A stretch of 64,000 nucleotides of DNA from Adineta vaga. Taxonomy: Eukaryota; Animalia; Rotifera. How positions within the stretch are numbered: position 1 is the stretch's first letter; each line of letters starts with the position of its first letter. The stretch covers positions 13,950,001 through 14,014,000 of the forward strand of contig CP075492.1 of the NCBI GenBank assembly GCA_021613535.1, read 5' to 3'. The translations under genes and the position numbers were made by a program. The notes under the pieces are model-generated. The model did not search any database and had not been told where the DNA came from. It saw nothing but the letters and a program-made list of their open reading frames with translations. Positions 1 to 12,499 of the stretch are shown in pieces.

Positions 1-2993
1 GTAGGTAACGAAGTCAGATCGAAATGTGTAATCACTGTTACATGATCACTGAAATATTCACACCATTTACCATAATATGAAGGTGGACAAAAACACACAA
101 AGTCTTTTCCTTTGTATGCGATGGCAATACCTCGATTACATGTGTATGAATGTGCAATATCTGTTTTTATTCGGGCCATACTGATGATTGGGGACGACAT
201 GTTAGAATGTTTCGAAACATTTTCACTACTGGATTTTTTTATTGATGATTGATCTTGGAAAGGAAAGATTGTCAAAGATAAGTGCTTGAATCTCCTTTGA
301 CTTTCTTTATTGTGTCTATACTTATATTTCATATTTCCCATATATTCATTGGGAGAACACCAATATTCATCTTCCCCATATTCACAATTATGTCTGCCAT
401 TACAGCGAGCGTTCTCTGCACATGAATTGTCGAAACATGTAACATCCATTTTGCCGGAACACTGCTCAGTATCGCGTCTGTGATGGCATAAAATCTCGTC
501 TTTACATGCCGACAATTGGTTTTCGCATAATGATTCAATATTTAAACACTGTTGGTTTGGGCAACGAAAAGTATATCCAAGCATCGATCCATCACAACTT
601 TCTAACGTGTTTCTTTCATCTAGACCACCATAGCAGTCCTCCTCTCCATCACCAATTTGTGTAAGATTGATACATGGACGACTTACATTAATATCTAATG
701 GTTTTTTCACGTTCGCTAGAAGACAGGGATATTCCAGTGTTACATTGCATATATCTCCGAACGACTGTTCTGTAGCAGAATAGTCCAGACACTTTCGGAT
801 GTGCATTTGGAAATTTTCTAAATGCATATTATGATGAAGCCGTCTCAAGTTAAGTTCAACTGCTTGCTCATCGGACGCATCTGGACAATCCCATTCTTCG
901 TCACAAAGCCAATCTAATTCTATACAGTGACCTGTTTGACACTGATACTGATCTTGCTGACACACCCATTCTTGACAATTTTCCAATAACTCATCAAAAT
1001 GTGAGGGTAAATTCCAAAAGGTATCACAGTATGATAGAAACGAAAGTTCTCTTTTTTCTAGCTGGTTTTCTGAAAAACTATGTGTTCCATTAATTTTCCC
1101 ATCTGTTGCTACGTATTCTTTTAGCAAACGACAGCCGTCATCAAGTCGATAATTACATTCAATATCAAAAAGTGGCATAATTGAGCCACCAACAAACTCA
1201 TCGTGTCTATTCTTGCAATCAAACCATCTGTCACCAAGCGTTCTTACTGGTAGACAACTTACTTGTTGGTTGGAACATTGGAAACGATGCTTTCGAAGTT
1301 TTGAACAGTAGTCTCCATCAACGACAATTGGGTGTGTCTCTTCTTCACAGTCAACATATTCATCACCAATACGGTACTGTGAAATGCATTTATGAGACTT
1401 TTCACAAATGTCTATAAAGGCATATGAATGATTATTTAATGTCCGAGATCCATTCCAACATGAATGATGATATTGTATATGTGACTTGTTATCCCGAGTA
1501 ACCTCTTCATGATTGCAAAAGAGATGATCAATGCGAGGAAAACTATCCAATTTGTACCATTCTTCTTCGTGAAATGATACATGTTCTTCTGTATTGCCAT
1601 AAAAGCCTCGGCATTTGATACTGCCATCAAATGATATTGACTCAGGTTCAAAGTGGGCGATGGAGTGTTCCCAGCCATAAAAGAGCACAATATACGGTCG
1701 AAGTAAATTACCCATGGGATATCTATACGAATAATTCTTCTGGCATACATCTTCCATTACGAAAGAACAGTTTAGATGGTTGCAAGGGCAGTCACGTTCG
1801 AATCCTTGAGACATTGCACATCGAATCAGGTAGATACATTTTGATGTATTACTCATGTTTTCGTTATTCATATCTAGTAAATCATCATACTCATCCAAAT
1901 CCCAACACAATCCATTGGGTTGGGTCCATAATGTGATTTTTGGATGCATTTCACACATATAGTTAAATTCACGCATATTTACACAATATTCTTCAACAGC
2001 TCTCTTATAACTCAATCGATACGGTCCTAAGATACATTGACCGTCTCCGCACGACCATTCATAAGGCGTGCACAACTGCTCTTCACATTCAATAGAACCT
2101 GCCGTAAACGGACAAGCTTTAGAATTTTTATTTCGGTTTTCATCGCTTTGATCCATACAATCAAATTCACCTGTAAAGAAAAACATAGTTTCAGTATGTA
2201 TCTCTTCAAATGACTTGAGGGTGGCACTCAAGAATGAATCAATTAAGGATCCATAATGTCGGCCTATGCGCCGTAAAAAAACATATCTGTTACACTTACC
2301 ATCAAGCCAATACTCTTCTGTAATGCACATACCATTTACACAACGGTATTCATCATCTTTGCATTCATTAAATTCTAGTAAGTCGCAGTTTTCTTCGTCT
2401 GTTCCATTCATACACTGTTGTTCACCATCACATATATTGCGCCAGTCCAGACACATCAGTCCATAATCACATTCAAACGCAGTTCGGTAACACAGAATAT
2501 CTCCGTACCGTTGCATTACCGATTCATCGTCTTTTTTTTGCTCGAACTGTGCTTTGATTGCATCTTCGAATGTTACTGTTTCATGAAAAAATTCAAATTC
2601 ACATCTGGGACCAAATGTGCCAGGTAGACTACAATTACAGAGAAATTTCTTTTCCAAGAGTTTTCGTTTGCCGTAATAAAAGGCGGCATAGTCTTCGGCA
2701 CTTTCGATACTTGAACTCCACATAAGCACATCATTTGGCAAGATATTTTGTCTGACAGCATCATCAAATGACCACTTTTGACTGTTACCATAACAGTCGT
2801 CATCCTTGGTCGTATTTAATATGACTGATATATTCTCTCGTACACAATATTTCAGTGTTGTATCCGTCACCCAATAAATACAATATGCATACTGCATCGA
2901 ATCATTTGTTTCAGTATCATACAAAAAAACATGTGTATAACTAACAGTAATCATCCAACATGCATATAGAATTAATTTTATCCACGATGCCAT
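1..2993 (-). CDS. Large LDL-receptor class A / EGF repeat protein with signal peptide; 3' end lies outside the window (a C-terminal 7TM domain is possible but not visible)
   Basis: Hand translation from ATG 2993: MASWIKLILYACWMITVSYTH (signal peptide), CNCSLPGTFGPRCE (EGF-like), CLDWRNICDGEQQCMNGTDEENC, CKDDEYRCVNGMCI, CQQDQYQCQTGHCIELDWLCDEEWDCPDASDE (LDLa), and CNRG...CFCPPSYYGKWCE (EGF) near base 1. It is absent from the ORF track, consistent with no stop inside the window. A likely 129-nt GT-AG intron lies at 2171-2299. Confidence 0.88.
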   Translation of the reverse strand, partial: MASWIKLILYACWMITVSYTHVFLYDTETNDSMQYAYCIYWVTDTTLKYCVRENISVILNTTKDDDCYGNSQKWSFDDAVRQNILPNDVLMWSSSIESAEDYAAFYYGKRKLLEKKFLCNCSLPGTFGPRCEFEFFHETVTFEDAIKAQFEQKKDDESVMQRYGDILCYRTAFECDYGLMCLDWRNICDGEQQCMNGTDEENCDLLEFNECKDDEYRCVNGMCITEEYWLDGKCNRYVFLRRIGRHYGSLIDSFLSATLKSFEEIHTETMFFFTGEFDCMDQSDENRNKNSKACPFTAGSIECEEQLCTPYEWSCGDGQCILGPYRLSYKRAVEEYCVNMREFNYMCEMHPKITLWTQPNGLCWDLDEYDDLLDMNNENMSNTSKCIYLIRCAMSQGFERDCPCNHLNCSFVMEDVCQKNYSYRYPMGNLLRPYIVLFYGWEHSIAHFEPESISFDGSIKCRGFYGNTEEHVSFHEEEWYKLDSFPRIDHLFCNHEEVTRDNKSHIQYHHSCWNGSRTLNNHSYAFIDICEKSHKCISQYRIGDEYVDCEEETHPIVVDGDYCSKLRKHRFQCSNQQVSCLPVRTLGDRWFDCKNRHDEFVGGSIMPLFDIECNYRLDDGCRLLKEYVATDGKINGTHSFSENQLEKRELSFLSYCDTFWNLPSHFDELLENCQEWVCQQDQYQCQTGHCIELDWLCDEEWDCPDASDEQAVELNLRRLHHNMHLENFQMHIRKCLDYSATEQSFGDICNVTLEYPCLLANVKKPLDINVSRPCINLTQIGDGEEDCYGGLDERNTLESCDGSMLGYTFRCPNQQCLNIESLCENQLSACKDEILCHHRRDTEQCSGKMDVTCFDNSCAENARCNGRHNCEYGEDEYWCSPNEYMGNMKYKYRHNKESQRRFKHLSLTIFPFQDQSSIKKSSSENVSKHSNMSSPIISMARIKTDIAHSYTCNRGIAIAYKGKDFVCFCPPSYYGKWCEYFSDHVTVITHFDLTSLP

Positions 2994-3616
2994 TGCAGTC
3001 AGAATCTGACACCACGTGTGCAGTGTCAGTATTTTCGTAATAAATGAATGTATTACTTATCTGTATTATCACGAAAGAAGATTAAAACAGGACCAAATCA
3101 ATATTAATACTATAATAAAAGCAACCGATTATCTAATGATGACTAAATTCTTCGCTTATGTATTTTCTAACTATGTTTGTCAATAGAATTAATAGTATCA
3201 TCATTGAAGAAAGTATCTATATTCACATGCTTCACGAACGTGTCATCGATTATTTATCATAAAAAGGTAATGATATTTATCAGCACGTCTGCCAAAAAAT
3301 TGCCGTGTACACACATCTTGTCAATAGAGGAACTAAAAGAAAGAATGTCTGATGCCATCTATAGCTATATTCTCTCTAAGTTGTGCGAAGTACCTTCAAT
3401 CAATTAAAAATATGTAGCTTTAAACAAACAAGCAAACAAACAGTACTTCTTTTACGATTGGCAGATTGATTCACCTATAGTCACTTTTTTCTCTTTGTCA
3501 TTAACTTGCGCAATGTTTTGTATAAAGTATACTTTTTCGCTCTGGTTATTTAACATACACGTAATTACATCATCATGTAAATATATTTGTGTCGAACTTA
3601 CTTTCATACATTAATC

Positions 3617-4532
3617 ATGCAACTGAATACCATTGACGCTTCTTGTCGTGGACCAACTGTATCTAGTCATTGGAGTAAGTTATTATTCAAACATAGAAAT
3701 ATAAGCTTTCGTAATGCGTCATTACTTTTTTGTATTCATTCTACCAATAAGACTTCTTTTTAGTTATTCCGAAACTACTTCTGTCAAGTAGATATCCAGG
3801 TGCAGAAGATTTTGATGAGCATAAAAACATAACACGAGCTATATATGATTGTGGTATTGAAGTATTTGTTAATCTTATGACAACAAGAGAATTTGCACGG
3901 TATAAGCCATATGAACCAGAGATTCGACAATATGCTCTTGAAGGTTCTTTTTGTATCTTTTTCTTTCCATGAAGAATTGCAATTTTGATTTTTTTTATAG
4001 ATGATCGAAAAGTTGAATTTATATTATTTCCAATTCCTGATGAATCAGTTTGTCGAGATGATGAAAAAGTGTTAGAGTTTTGTTTGGATTTATCGAAAAG
4101 GATCAAAAAGGATCAACAGAAAATTCTCATTCATTGCCGGTAGGACAAGAACAAATCTCTTTAGAAATCAAAATTCAAGATGATTATGATTTTCTCAAAG
4201 GGGTGGTCGTGGACGGACTGGTATGATCATTTCGATTCTAATCGGAATATTGTTTCATTTAGAAGGTAAATTGAATCTTGATTATTGTTTTCATGTTTTG
4301 TTTTGACTAATGATAATAAATAGTGGATGATGCTATCAATTATACTTTGCAGTTATATCAACAACGTTTACAAACGAAAGGAAAGTCAACTCGATTGCAT
4401 CCACGTCTGTTCATAAATATAAAATTGTTATTTTTAGAAACAACTTTCCTTTTAGGTCAATGTGAACAAGTACAAAAAGTGCTACTAATGTACAAAGATC
4501 AACAATTAGTAAACATCAACGAAGAAATATAA
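3617..4532 (+). CDS. Cys-based protein tyrosine / dual-specificity phosphatase (small single-domain type)
   Basis: Spliced reading MQLNTIDASCRGPTVSSHW-IIPKLLLSSRYPG...FPIPDES...KILIHCR|GGRGRTG... The CX5R motif HCRGGRGR is split by the intron at ~4140-4200. About 6 exons with GT-AG boundaries. Confidence 0.85.
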
Positions 4533-4814
4533 AACTTTTTGACGATCGATTCTTTAGTCATATCTCTATTATTTTAAATACAGAAGCTAATAAAATCAAG
4601 ATCTGAAAAATAAAGTAAAATGAAACGATTTATTCAAATTTCATTTCGGTTTGTTCTTATCAACTTCTATTCACCGTCGTTGTCTTTTTGCGAAAGAAGT
4701 TACGTGGCCAGTATAATTTGATGTAAATTAGTTTCAAGATAAAATCTCTACAGAAAAGATAACGTGCATCTATATCACATCCAAAAAGTTATTTCAAAGG
4801 TACAATAGAAAAAA

Positions 4815-6536
4815 ATGGTAGGGCCAAAACGTCTGTACATTGCTGAGAGTATAACTGATTTACGTGAAAAAGTATCCGATCGTCATACATATAACCGATC
4901 ATTAACATTTGAACGATTGCAAGCACAATATGAGAGGAAAAAACAAGAAGCAGAACGATATTTGACTGAAGAAGGTGACCAAGAACTCGCTTATATAGCT
5001 TATTGCAATGCACTAGAATATCTGGACAAGATAGGACAATGTCAAGAATTTTTGCAAACACCGGTTTGTAGGATACAAAGTTACTAATATGTATTGTTGC
5101 GATTTTGATTAAGAGACGTGTTCAAACAAAACATGTACAAGAACGAGCTGAATTGGGCAATTTGAGTGTGCACTACGTATACAATTAGAAGACAGGTAGT
5201 TGATTTGATCATTATTATTATATTTTTTTGTTATATTCATATTTGTTGCCAGGTATGAGGATATGAAATCTACTAACATTCACGTATTTGAACTATGTGA
5301 GTACGGAATACCTACTGAAATTTTAAGATATTGATTGTATTTATTGTCTTTTTTTTGAATAGCTGACTATATGTCAAGAAATGAAACAAATAAACACAGA
5401 GATACTTCGCGGGATTCTCCAGTACACTCCAAGCACCGGTCAGTACTGATTGAAACAAGACCTAAACACTCTCTAGATGAATCGAAGCCATCACGATCTG
5501 TACACAGACATTCATCTAATATATATCATGAACAGCGAGAGAATTATTCAACTGATAAGTATACACCACAAGAAGGGCATTTCGCAGGTAGACGGAATGG
5601 TTGCATTTCGTTGTTGTTTTAATATTCTCTCATTCTACAGTATCAAGACCTTCGCTAAATAATTTGAGTTCTGTTCTGTCGGAGATATCTACCTCATCAT
5701 TACCACCACCATCGTCAACATCCAAAAAAGTTTCTAAAGAGTCAAGACCAGCAAGAATTATGCCTAGTGGATTATCATCCATTCTGTAAGTAATGCACGA
5801 TTATCGTTGTTTCTCTTCTTATTTGTAAATAATCTATAGAAAAATAAGAATACCGACTCGTGAATGTGTGGTATGTCTTTCTGACAAACCTGTATCCGAT
5901 TTTACTGAGCTCATCAGTTCTTCATGCCAACACACTCAACGGCAAATATGCAAAGGTTGTGTGCGTAAAAATATACGAAATGAAATTAATAATAGTTCGA
6001 CTACTGACATTCGTTGTCCAGAAGAAGGTTGTGGTGCTTCGTTAGATTTTCATACTGTTCGAAATCTAGTTTTGAATTTAAATACAGTTTTGGGTCGTAG
6101 TAAAGCTGCTGTGGATCAATATGAAAATAAACTAAGTATGAAATATGTTGAAACGATGGAAAATTTTCTTTGGTGTGCACATGGATGTGGTCACGGTGTT
6201 CAACTCGCTGATAATCAAATGGTCTGTTATAAATGTATTCACTGTAAACAGAAAACATGTGCTCAACATCGTGTGCGATGGCATTCTGATATGACTTGTT
6301 CGGAATACGATGAGAAGTTAAAATCTGACCGAGAAGAACAAGATAATCAAAGTTGGATACGTGATCATACAAAGAAATGTCCAAAATGCGATTCATCTAT
6401 CGAAAAAAACAAAGGGTGTAATCATATGACATGTCTTCATTGTAAGAATGAATTTTGCTGGATATGTCTAGTAAATTACAAACTAGTTTCACTATCACAA
6501 AGACAAGTCTATATTGTTCAGTGTAATTGTTCCTGA
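4815..6536 (+). CDS. RBR (RING1-IBR-RING2) E3 ubiquitin ligase with an N-terminal USP8-dimerisation (MIT-like) domain; apparent 1-nt frameshift in exon 2
   Basis: Last exon: ECVVC...CQH...CKGC...CPEEGC (RING1), WCAHGC...CIHC...CAQH...WH...C (IBR), KKCPKC...IEKNKGCNHMTCLHCKNEFCWIC (RING2 with catalytic Cys). Exon 1 KRLYIAESITDLREK...GDQELAYIAY plus ...LEDR|YED resembles the USP8 N-terminus. Exons from 5253 onward splice in frame into the RBR exon. Exon 5114-5195 needs one extra base (~5152-5157). Confidence 0.8.
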
Positions 6537-8333
6537 AGGTTTGAAATTTCTCTTGAATAAATAACATCAACAATCATTTTGTAACTTTCTCAACTTTCAA
6601 AAGTTTCGAAATGTCTTAGAATACATTCGTTCTGTTGTTCGATCCACACGTGGTGCGAGTGTCACAAACTAGTCAAGACACCATTCTTAATGCAAGTGGT
6701 AAACAAAGAAAAAGTTGTTCTGTTGTGGCAAAGGAAAAATGACTGAAAAGTACAGAGAATACGCAGTTCCAAAGTCATTAAAAACAGAAACTCATATATC
6801 AGATCGATTATGGTTGTTTGATTAGTTAAAGCCTTTCTTGCAAAATGAAGAAAATGTTATCCGAAGCTAGAACCAAATCTTCATTTCAAAGAGACACCCA
6901 AAATACACATTGAAAATGTTTTGAGAAACCTGAGAGAAAATTCTGAATCTTTTAAACTCTTCTATGTTCGTATTCATCGTTTCTATTAGCCGTTTGTTAG
7001 ATGCAAAATAGTGGGAATAATTAGAATGTTTGTAGACAATTAAAAAAGTGAACAATCCAAGAGTGCAAATATGTGTATATATTATTTATAGATAAAAAAG
7101 AGCTATTTTTATAAATAGAATTTGATTTATAATTTAAAACATGTGCCATCGATATCATTGAATACTAGCAATATTACTATGAATGATGTGTGTTACAGAA
7201 ATATATTTACTGTATTTGTGATCATTCGATGATAATTCATCTGTTCCTGAATCAGATGAATGAGAAGAAAGTTGAATAATACAGATGTATTTATTCCATC
7301 TTGGTTTGCTGAGTTAATACTACTGGTATTTGATCTGCGTTTTTATTATGATTTCCATTCTGTGATTTTGCTTGATTCGATCCGCAGCAGTCGCTATATG
7401 CATATATTGTCAATCTGAAAAGAAAATCATGATTTTTATCGCAGATTTTATGAAAATTTCTTATGAGGACTCCAAATTATCCTTTCAAACACTTTTAATG
7501 TTATAAAAATTAATTGAGGGTGATAGTTTTATTCCTATAAGACGCTTTCTGTTTTGTAATGGTAGAAAAGGTTGATATAATACCAACACATAATGTTCGT
7601 TTTGTAAGAGAAGTTCACAGATATGATTTCTCTCAATGATGAGTTTCATTAGTCAAAGACTATTTATTTACATCTACATGCAAAAATTCAAATATTAGAA
7701 CAAGTTTATGCTGTAAAAAAGGTTAAGCCATGAAATCACACAGATAAATTTTTGAGAATGTAATATTCTGTATTTGTCTAACTAGTATCATCAATTCTAG
7801 TATCAAATATTAGACTAACAAGAAGATAATATATTTTATTATCTCTAACATTGCAGAAAAGTCTAATTCAACTTTTTTCAAGCAATAACTATTTCGATGA
7901 TTCAATAGCACGTAGTTCGTCAATAGACTTTTTATTGATATTCGAGAGAATCTTTTCACAGAGATAGATAAAACTCGATTTCTAGTTGATCGAGTTGAAA
8001 TTGAAAAACACAAAGAAGAAAAGGTTTTTTTAAAGAAAGGTTTCATTAATTATCAGAAGTATTCTTTTTTCCGCTTCGCTGCAAGGAGAAATGATTTAGT
8101 GTAAAAATGTATTTTTTTCTTCGTATATCACAATGCAGATATGGTCGATCTCATTTATTGTGAAAAAAAAAGAAAACTAATATTCTTAATATCATGAAAT
8201 ATGACGTTATTCTATATCTACGGCCTGTTTTGCTTATTATTATGATTAAATTTTAATGAGATATTGAGTTTGTAAAAAGAAAAACACATTAACTTCTCGA
8301 CAAACATTTATTCAGAAGTGAAGAAAATATAAG

Positions 8334-10225
8334 ATGTTTTGGATCATTCTTATTGTCTCAATAATATCTGTTAATGATTGTATTCTTCTCGGTAAAATCG
8401 AAGAACATCATATGATTGGTATGCTAAGTAAATCATTTATTAATCTAACACAAAATCAATGTATATGTGAACTAATTCAATCAAATGGATTCATATCTGG
8501 TATAAACTATTATTCAAAGAATCGAACGTGTGAATTATTTTCTCTAAATTCAAGTTTAATTGAAATAGAATTATATATCGATTCAATTTTTATTTTTATT
8601 AATCGATCATCTATATCTATACAACAGATTAGTCAAACAAGTAAGAAATTTATTTAAAATTTTTACAAGATATAAAAAGATTTTGTTTCTCATATTATAT
8701 TCATATTACTCTTCTCGTTCAACTTTTACCCTTTTCACATAATTAGCATTCACGTCATCATCGACGTCATCATCGTCGACTTCATCATCAATATCATCAT
8801 CAACGTCATCATCAACAACAGCAACAACATCATCATCAACATCATCATCAACATCAACTTCATCATCATCCACTTCAACATCGACTTCATCATCATCTAC
8901 TTTAACAACAGCCGATTAGTAAGGTTGTGAAAAAGACTAGTTTTGATGACAACGTCATTCCCTCTGATTTTCGTTTGTTAGAAGTTATAGGAAAATTACG
9001 CAGTACTCTAAGACAATTACAGTGCATTATCCGTAAAGATAACAATATTTTTTCCGTTAGCTTAAGTTTTTTTATATGTTGGTGACAGTATGAATCAGAC
9101 CGTCGTCTAGCAGTTGCACATGTACTGAACTATCTTTGTATTATTATTCGGAGCTATTGAAGCAACTTTTCTTTTTATTTGATAGCTTTGAGCAATAGCA
9201 GTTTGTTCTATAATCAAGTTACATATTCGATTGCTGCACAATCGTATTCATTAGCCATCGCTGATTTCAACAATGATAAAAAACCTGATATTGTTACTGC
9301 AAATTATGATAAGGATACGGTCAGTATCCTTTTTAATACAAACAATGGTACTTTTAAAAATCAAAGTATTTATTCAGTTGGTGATCAGCCCCGCTTCATT
9401 GTAGCAGCTGATGTTACTAACGATAATAAAACAGATATCATTGTTGCAAATTATAATACTGATAGCATAAGTATTCTGCTCAATAAAGGTGATGGAACGT
9501 TTGCAAATCAAATTACTAAGACAGTGGGAAATGAACCCTTCGCATTATTAGTAACTGACGTTAATAGCGATGGCAAATCGGATGTCATTGTCGCAAATAG
9601 TGGTTCGAACAATATTGGTATTCTATTTAATTTGGGTAATGGTACTTTTCAAAGTCAAATTACTTATGCAGTAGGTGTTCATCCTCGTTGCATTGCAGGG
9701 GCCAATGTGAACAATGACAATAGCATTGATCTTATTGTAGCAAACGAGAATTCGGACACTGTAGGTGTTCTCGTTAATATCGGTAATGGTACTTTTCTTA
9801 GTCAAGTAACTTACACAGTTGGTTCTCAACCGAATTCAGTTGTAGCTACTGACATCAACAACGATAATAGACCTGATCTTATCGTTGCAAACCAATTATC
9901 AAGCTACGTCAGCATTCTTCTTAATAAAGGCGATGGTACTTTTTTAAATCAGTATACTTACACAGTTGGTAGCGCATCTCGTTGTGTTGTCGTCACTGAC
10001 ATAAATAATGATGATAAACCAGATATTATTGTTGTCAATCAAAGCTCAGATAGTATCGATGTTCTTCTTAACATAATTAATGGTACATTCGGATATCGAA
10101 TCACGTACATAGTTGGGGATGCACCGCGTTCTATTGCAATAGCGGATGTTAGTAATGATGACAAACCAGATATTATTGTCGCAAATACTAATTCAAATAA
10201 TATTGGTGTTCTCTTACATTTATAA
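8334..10225 (+). CDS. Secreted protein: signal peptide, PAN/apple-like Cys domain, Ser/Thr stalk, FG-GAP (VCBS) beta-propeller with ~7 repeats
   Basis: Exon 1 MFWIILIVSIISVNDC...QCICELIQ...NRTCELF; exon 8747-8918 is poly-S/T; the last exon has repeats of (A/T)D(F/V/I)NNDxKPDIIVAN...V.ILLN.G.GTF..Q.TY.VG. The exact exon 2/3 junction is ambiguous (a phase-2 donor needs a downstream AG). Confidence 0.85.
8752..8910 (+). repeat. Low-complexity (TCA/ACA)n coding repeat forming a Ser/Thr stalk
   Basis: Runs of tcatcatcaacatca... translate to TSSSTSSS... Confidence 0.85.
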
Positions 10226-11051
10226 AACTTATTCATCATTTGAATTCTATTCATATTTATCTTTAACATTTCATTGATATAATCTTCATGCTTTTTCTTT
10301 GAACACGATAAAGTTCTCTTAAACACAGAATCGTTTGAACACAATACAGAGTACTCAGAGTATTACTGATAAGTAATATACTATTTTCAATAGTAATATT
10401 AAGTGAATTTCATGTGGCATAGAGAAAATTCTGATTGATTAAATAAGATTATGCTGGAACAAAATAGTACATTGAAATTATATTTGAGTATTCAATAGAA
10501 GCATAGAGAATTATTGATAAAAGATCGTAATTAATAAAACAATATATAGTGTTCTTCATAGTCGATATAGTTTTAAGAGTACACAAAATAGAAAAATAGA
10601 AATAAAACTGAATATTAGTGATAGCGAAAGGTGTTTTATTTTTAAATTCCTAATGTCGATGACAAGCAACTTTTCTTTTAAGCTTCTTAGAAGAAAATGT
10701 AATTACAGAGGATTAATCTTAACTTTAGTAACATATTGTTGAAGGTGAAAGGAAAAAGGAAGGAAGATACTTTTCATTCGAGAAGTTTTTCATCAAGATT
10801 GATATTATTCTGAGAAAATATATAATAGTCCTGTACTCTTATATGCTTCCTGTCGCTATAATGAGTTTCTGTTGGAAAAGGTGTTAACGAATATTTCTAT
10901 ATGATGGATTGTACGTGTTTACATGAATAATAATAATCATCTTGTATCACTCTCCAATTCCATATATAAATTTAGCATTCTTTTTTCAGATGTTTTTGTA
11001 CCAAAGTTTAACGTGCTGCTATGCATGTGACACAGAGTTCATCGTTTGCTA

Positions 11052-11841
11052 ATGGATTACGAATTGGTATTATTTGTATTGTCAGTCATTTGGATGATTT
11101 TTGGTGCACTAGGATTTCTTGGTAATTGTATTACTATATTATTGTCTTCGTATCGATCGAAGATCTATTGGAAATTTATCCTGGGTGGATCTTTTATTGA
11201 TTTTCTCACCCTTACACTTTATTTAATTATAGTATTATAGCGCACCAAAATGATCGTGCCTATTCGGATTTCGAAATTTTTATTTTGGGCTTATTTTGTA
11301 TACTTGTACTGTTAATATTACCACAATTATCAAATAATTGTCTGTTAATGGCTTGTATTCAAGAATTATTACTTAGTAGTGATCTTGATTCGTGCCTAAG
11401 AAGATTACAACAATGGAAGATGATGGCATGAATGATTTGTTTTATTTTATATAGTCTGATATCTTTCGGATATATGCCATTTATTAAGTATGTCGGTTAT
11501 TCTATTGATATTGATCAGACACGTATCAGTCATCAGATTACATTTGCTGTAATATGTACAGTACTATTTGCCATTGTTTCACTCACATTCATGTTCTTAA
11601 CCGTTTTGCTCTCCTATCGAAATAATCGTCGAAGACGTCAGAAAGCTGTAAGTTTATCTGTCCTGTTCGATTTGATACAATAAGCAGCATTCTCCTTTTC
11701 TTTTTATAGAAAACTACATCAGAAGAGATTTCAAATGGATTACACAAAAGGTTTATTATGACGATGGCAATTCAAGTTTTAGCAACTGCATTATGCTGCT
11801 TAGTTTGGACTGTTGTATGTATTTTAATTATTATGAAGTAA
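11052..11841 (+). pseudogene. Disrupted multi-pass membrane protein, divergent rhodopsin-type GPCR-like (about 6 TM visible)
   Basis: TM1 with GFLGNC and TM2 with FIDFL; frameshift at ~11230; in-frame TGA at 11429-11431 between QQWKMMA and MICFILY; intron ~11648-11709; TM7 not found. Confidence 0.6.
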
Positions 11842-11935
11842 TTTTTCTCAATGTTATACAATCATATTTATTCTTTCAAAAAAGTGGTGTTCTCACGAAA
11901 AATATAAGTATCATTTTTTCTTTTCAATGAGTGAT

Positions 11936-12465
11936 TTAAATGTCTGGGCGAAATTCTTCTACTTTCTTCTTCATAATTGTTAATCGAATAAAACCATCAT
12001 CACGCTCAATTAACAGAGCTTTGGGACCTAGATCAATTTCGCTTTTAAATGGAATTTCTAGTCTGAAAGAACCAATAGGAATATCAGATTTATGGATTGT
12101 CGGATTAACCATTGATTTATTCATATCAGATCGAGTACCCTCAATGATAATACAATCGCTTTTCGAAACTAGACTTAATTGACCTTTTTGAAAACCTGAT
12201 GCTTCAAGAACTAAATAATACTTCGTTTCATCTTCATATAAATTATAAAGAGGCTGCCATTGTTCACTATCATTTCGAACAAAGTATCCTGCATCACCAT
12301 AAACAAGCTTTTCCGACAAATCTAATTCCATAGGATCTTTCGAAAGATCTTCGCGATGTTGTCGATCAGAAAGTACAATATATGGTTGGCTACTATGTTG
12401 TACAATTTGTAAACTTTGTTGAGGCGTATTATCCTTAGACTGATTATCATGTTTGTGTTTACCTT
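11936..12465 (-). pseudogene. Terminal exon encoding an HSP20/alpha-crystallin-like domain; its upstream exons are missing
   Basis: WQPLYNLYEDETKYYLVLEASGF...IIIEGTR...GSFRLEIPF...DDGFIRLTI is an alpha-crystallin-type pattern. The frame stays open upstream of Met 12331 to an acceptor (tttctag|AAGGT) at 12465, and no upstream exon was found. It could alternatively be translated from Met 12331. Confidence 0.65.
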
Positions 12466-12499
12466 CTAGAAATCAGATGAAATAAAACTTACAAAAGCA

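Noticed and set aside
7270-7415. Exon-like segment on the - strand (LTIYAYSDCCGSNQ...KME*) after a good acceptor
   Set aside because: No upstream exons or recognisable homology could be established.
11429-11431. In-frame TGA as selenocysteine or readthrough
   Set aside because: It lies at a likely Trp position of a TM helix in a gene that also has a frameshift and lacks TM7; a nonsense mutation is simpler.
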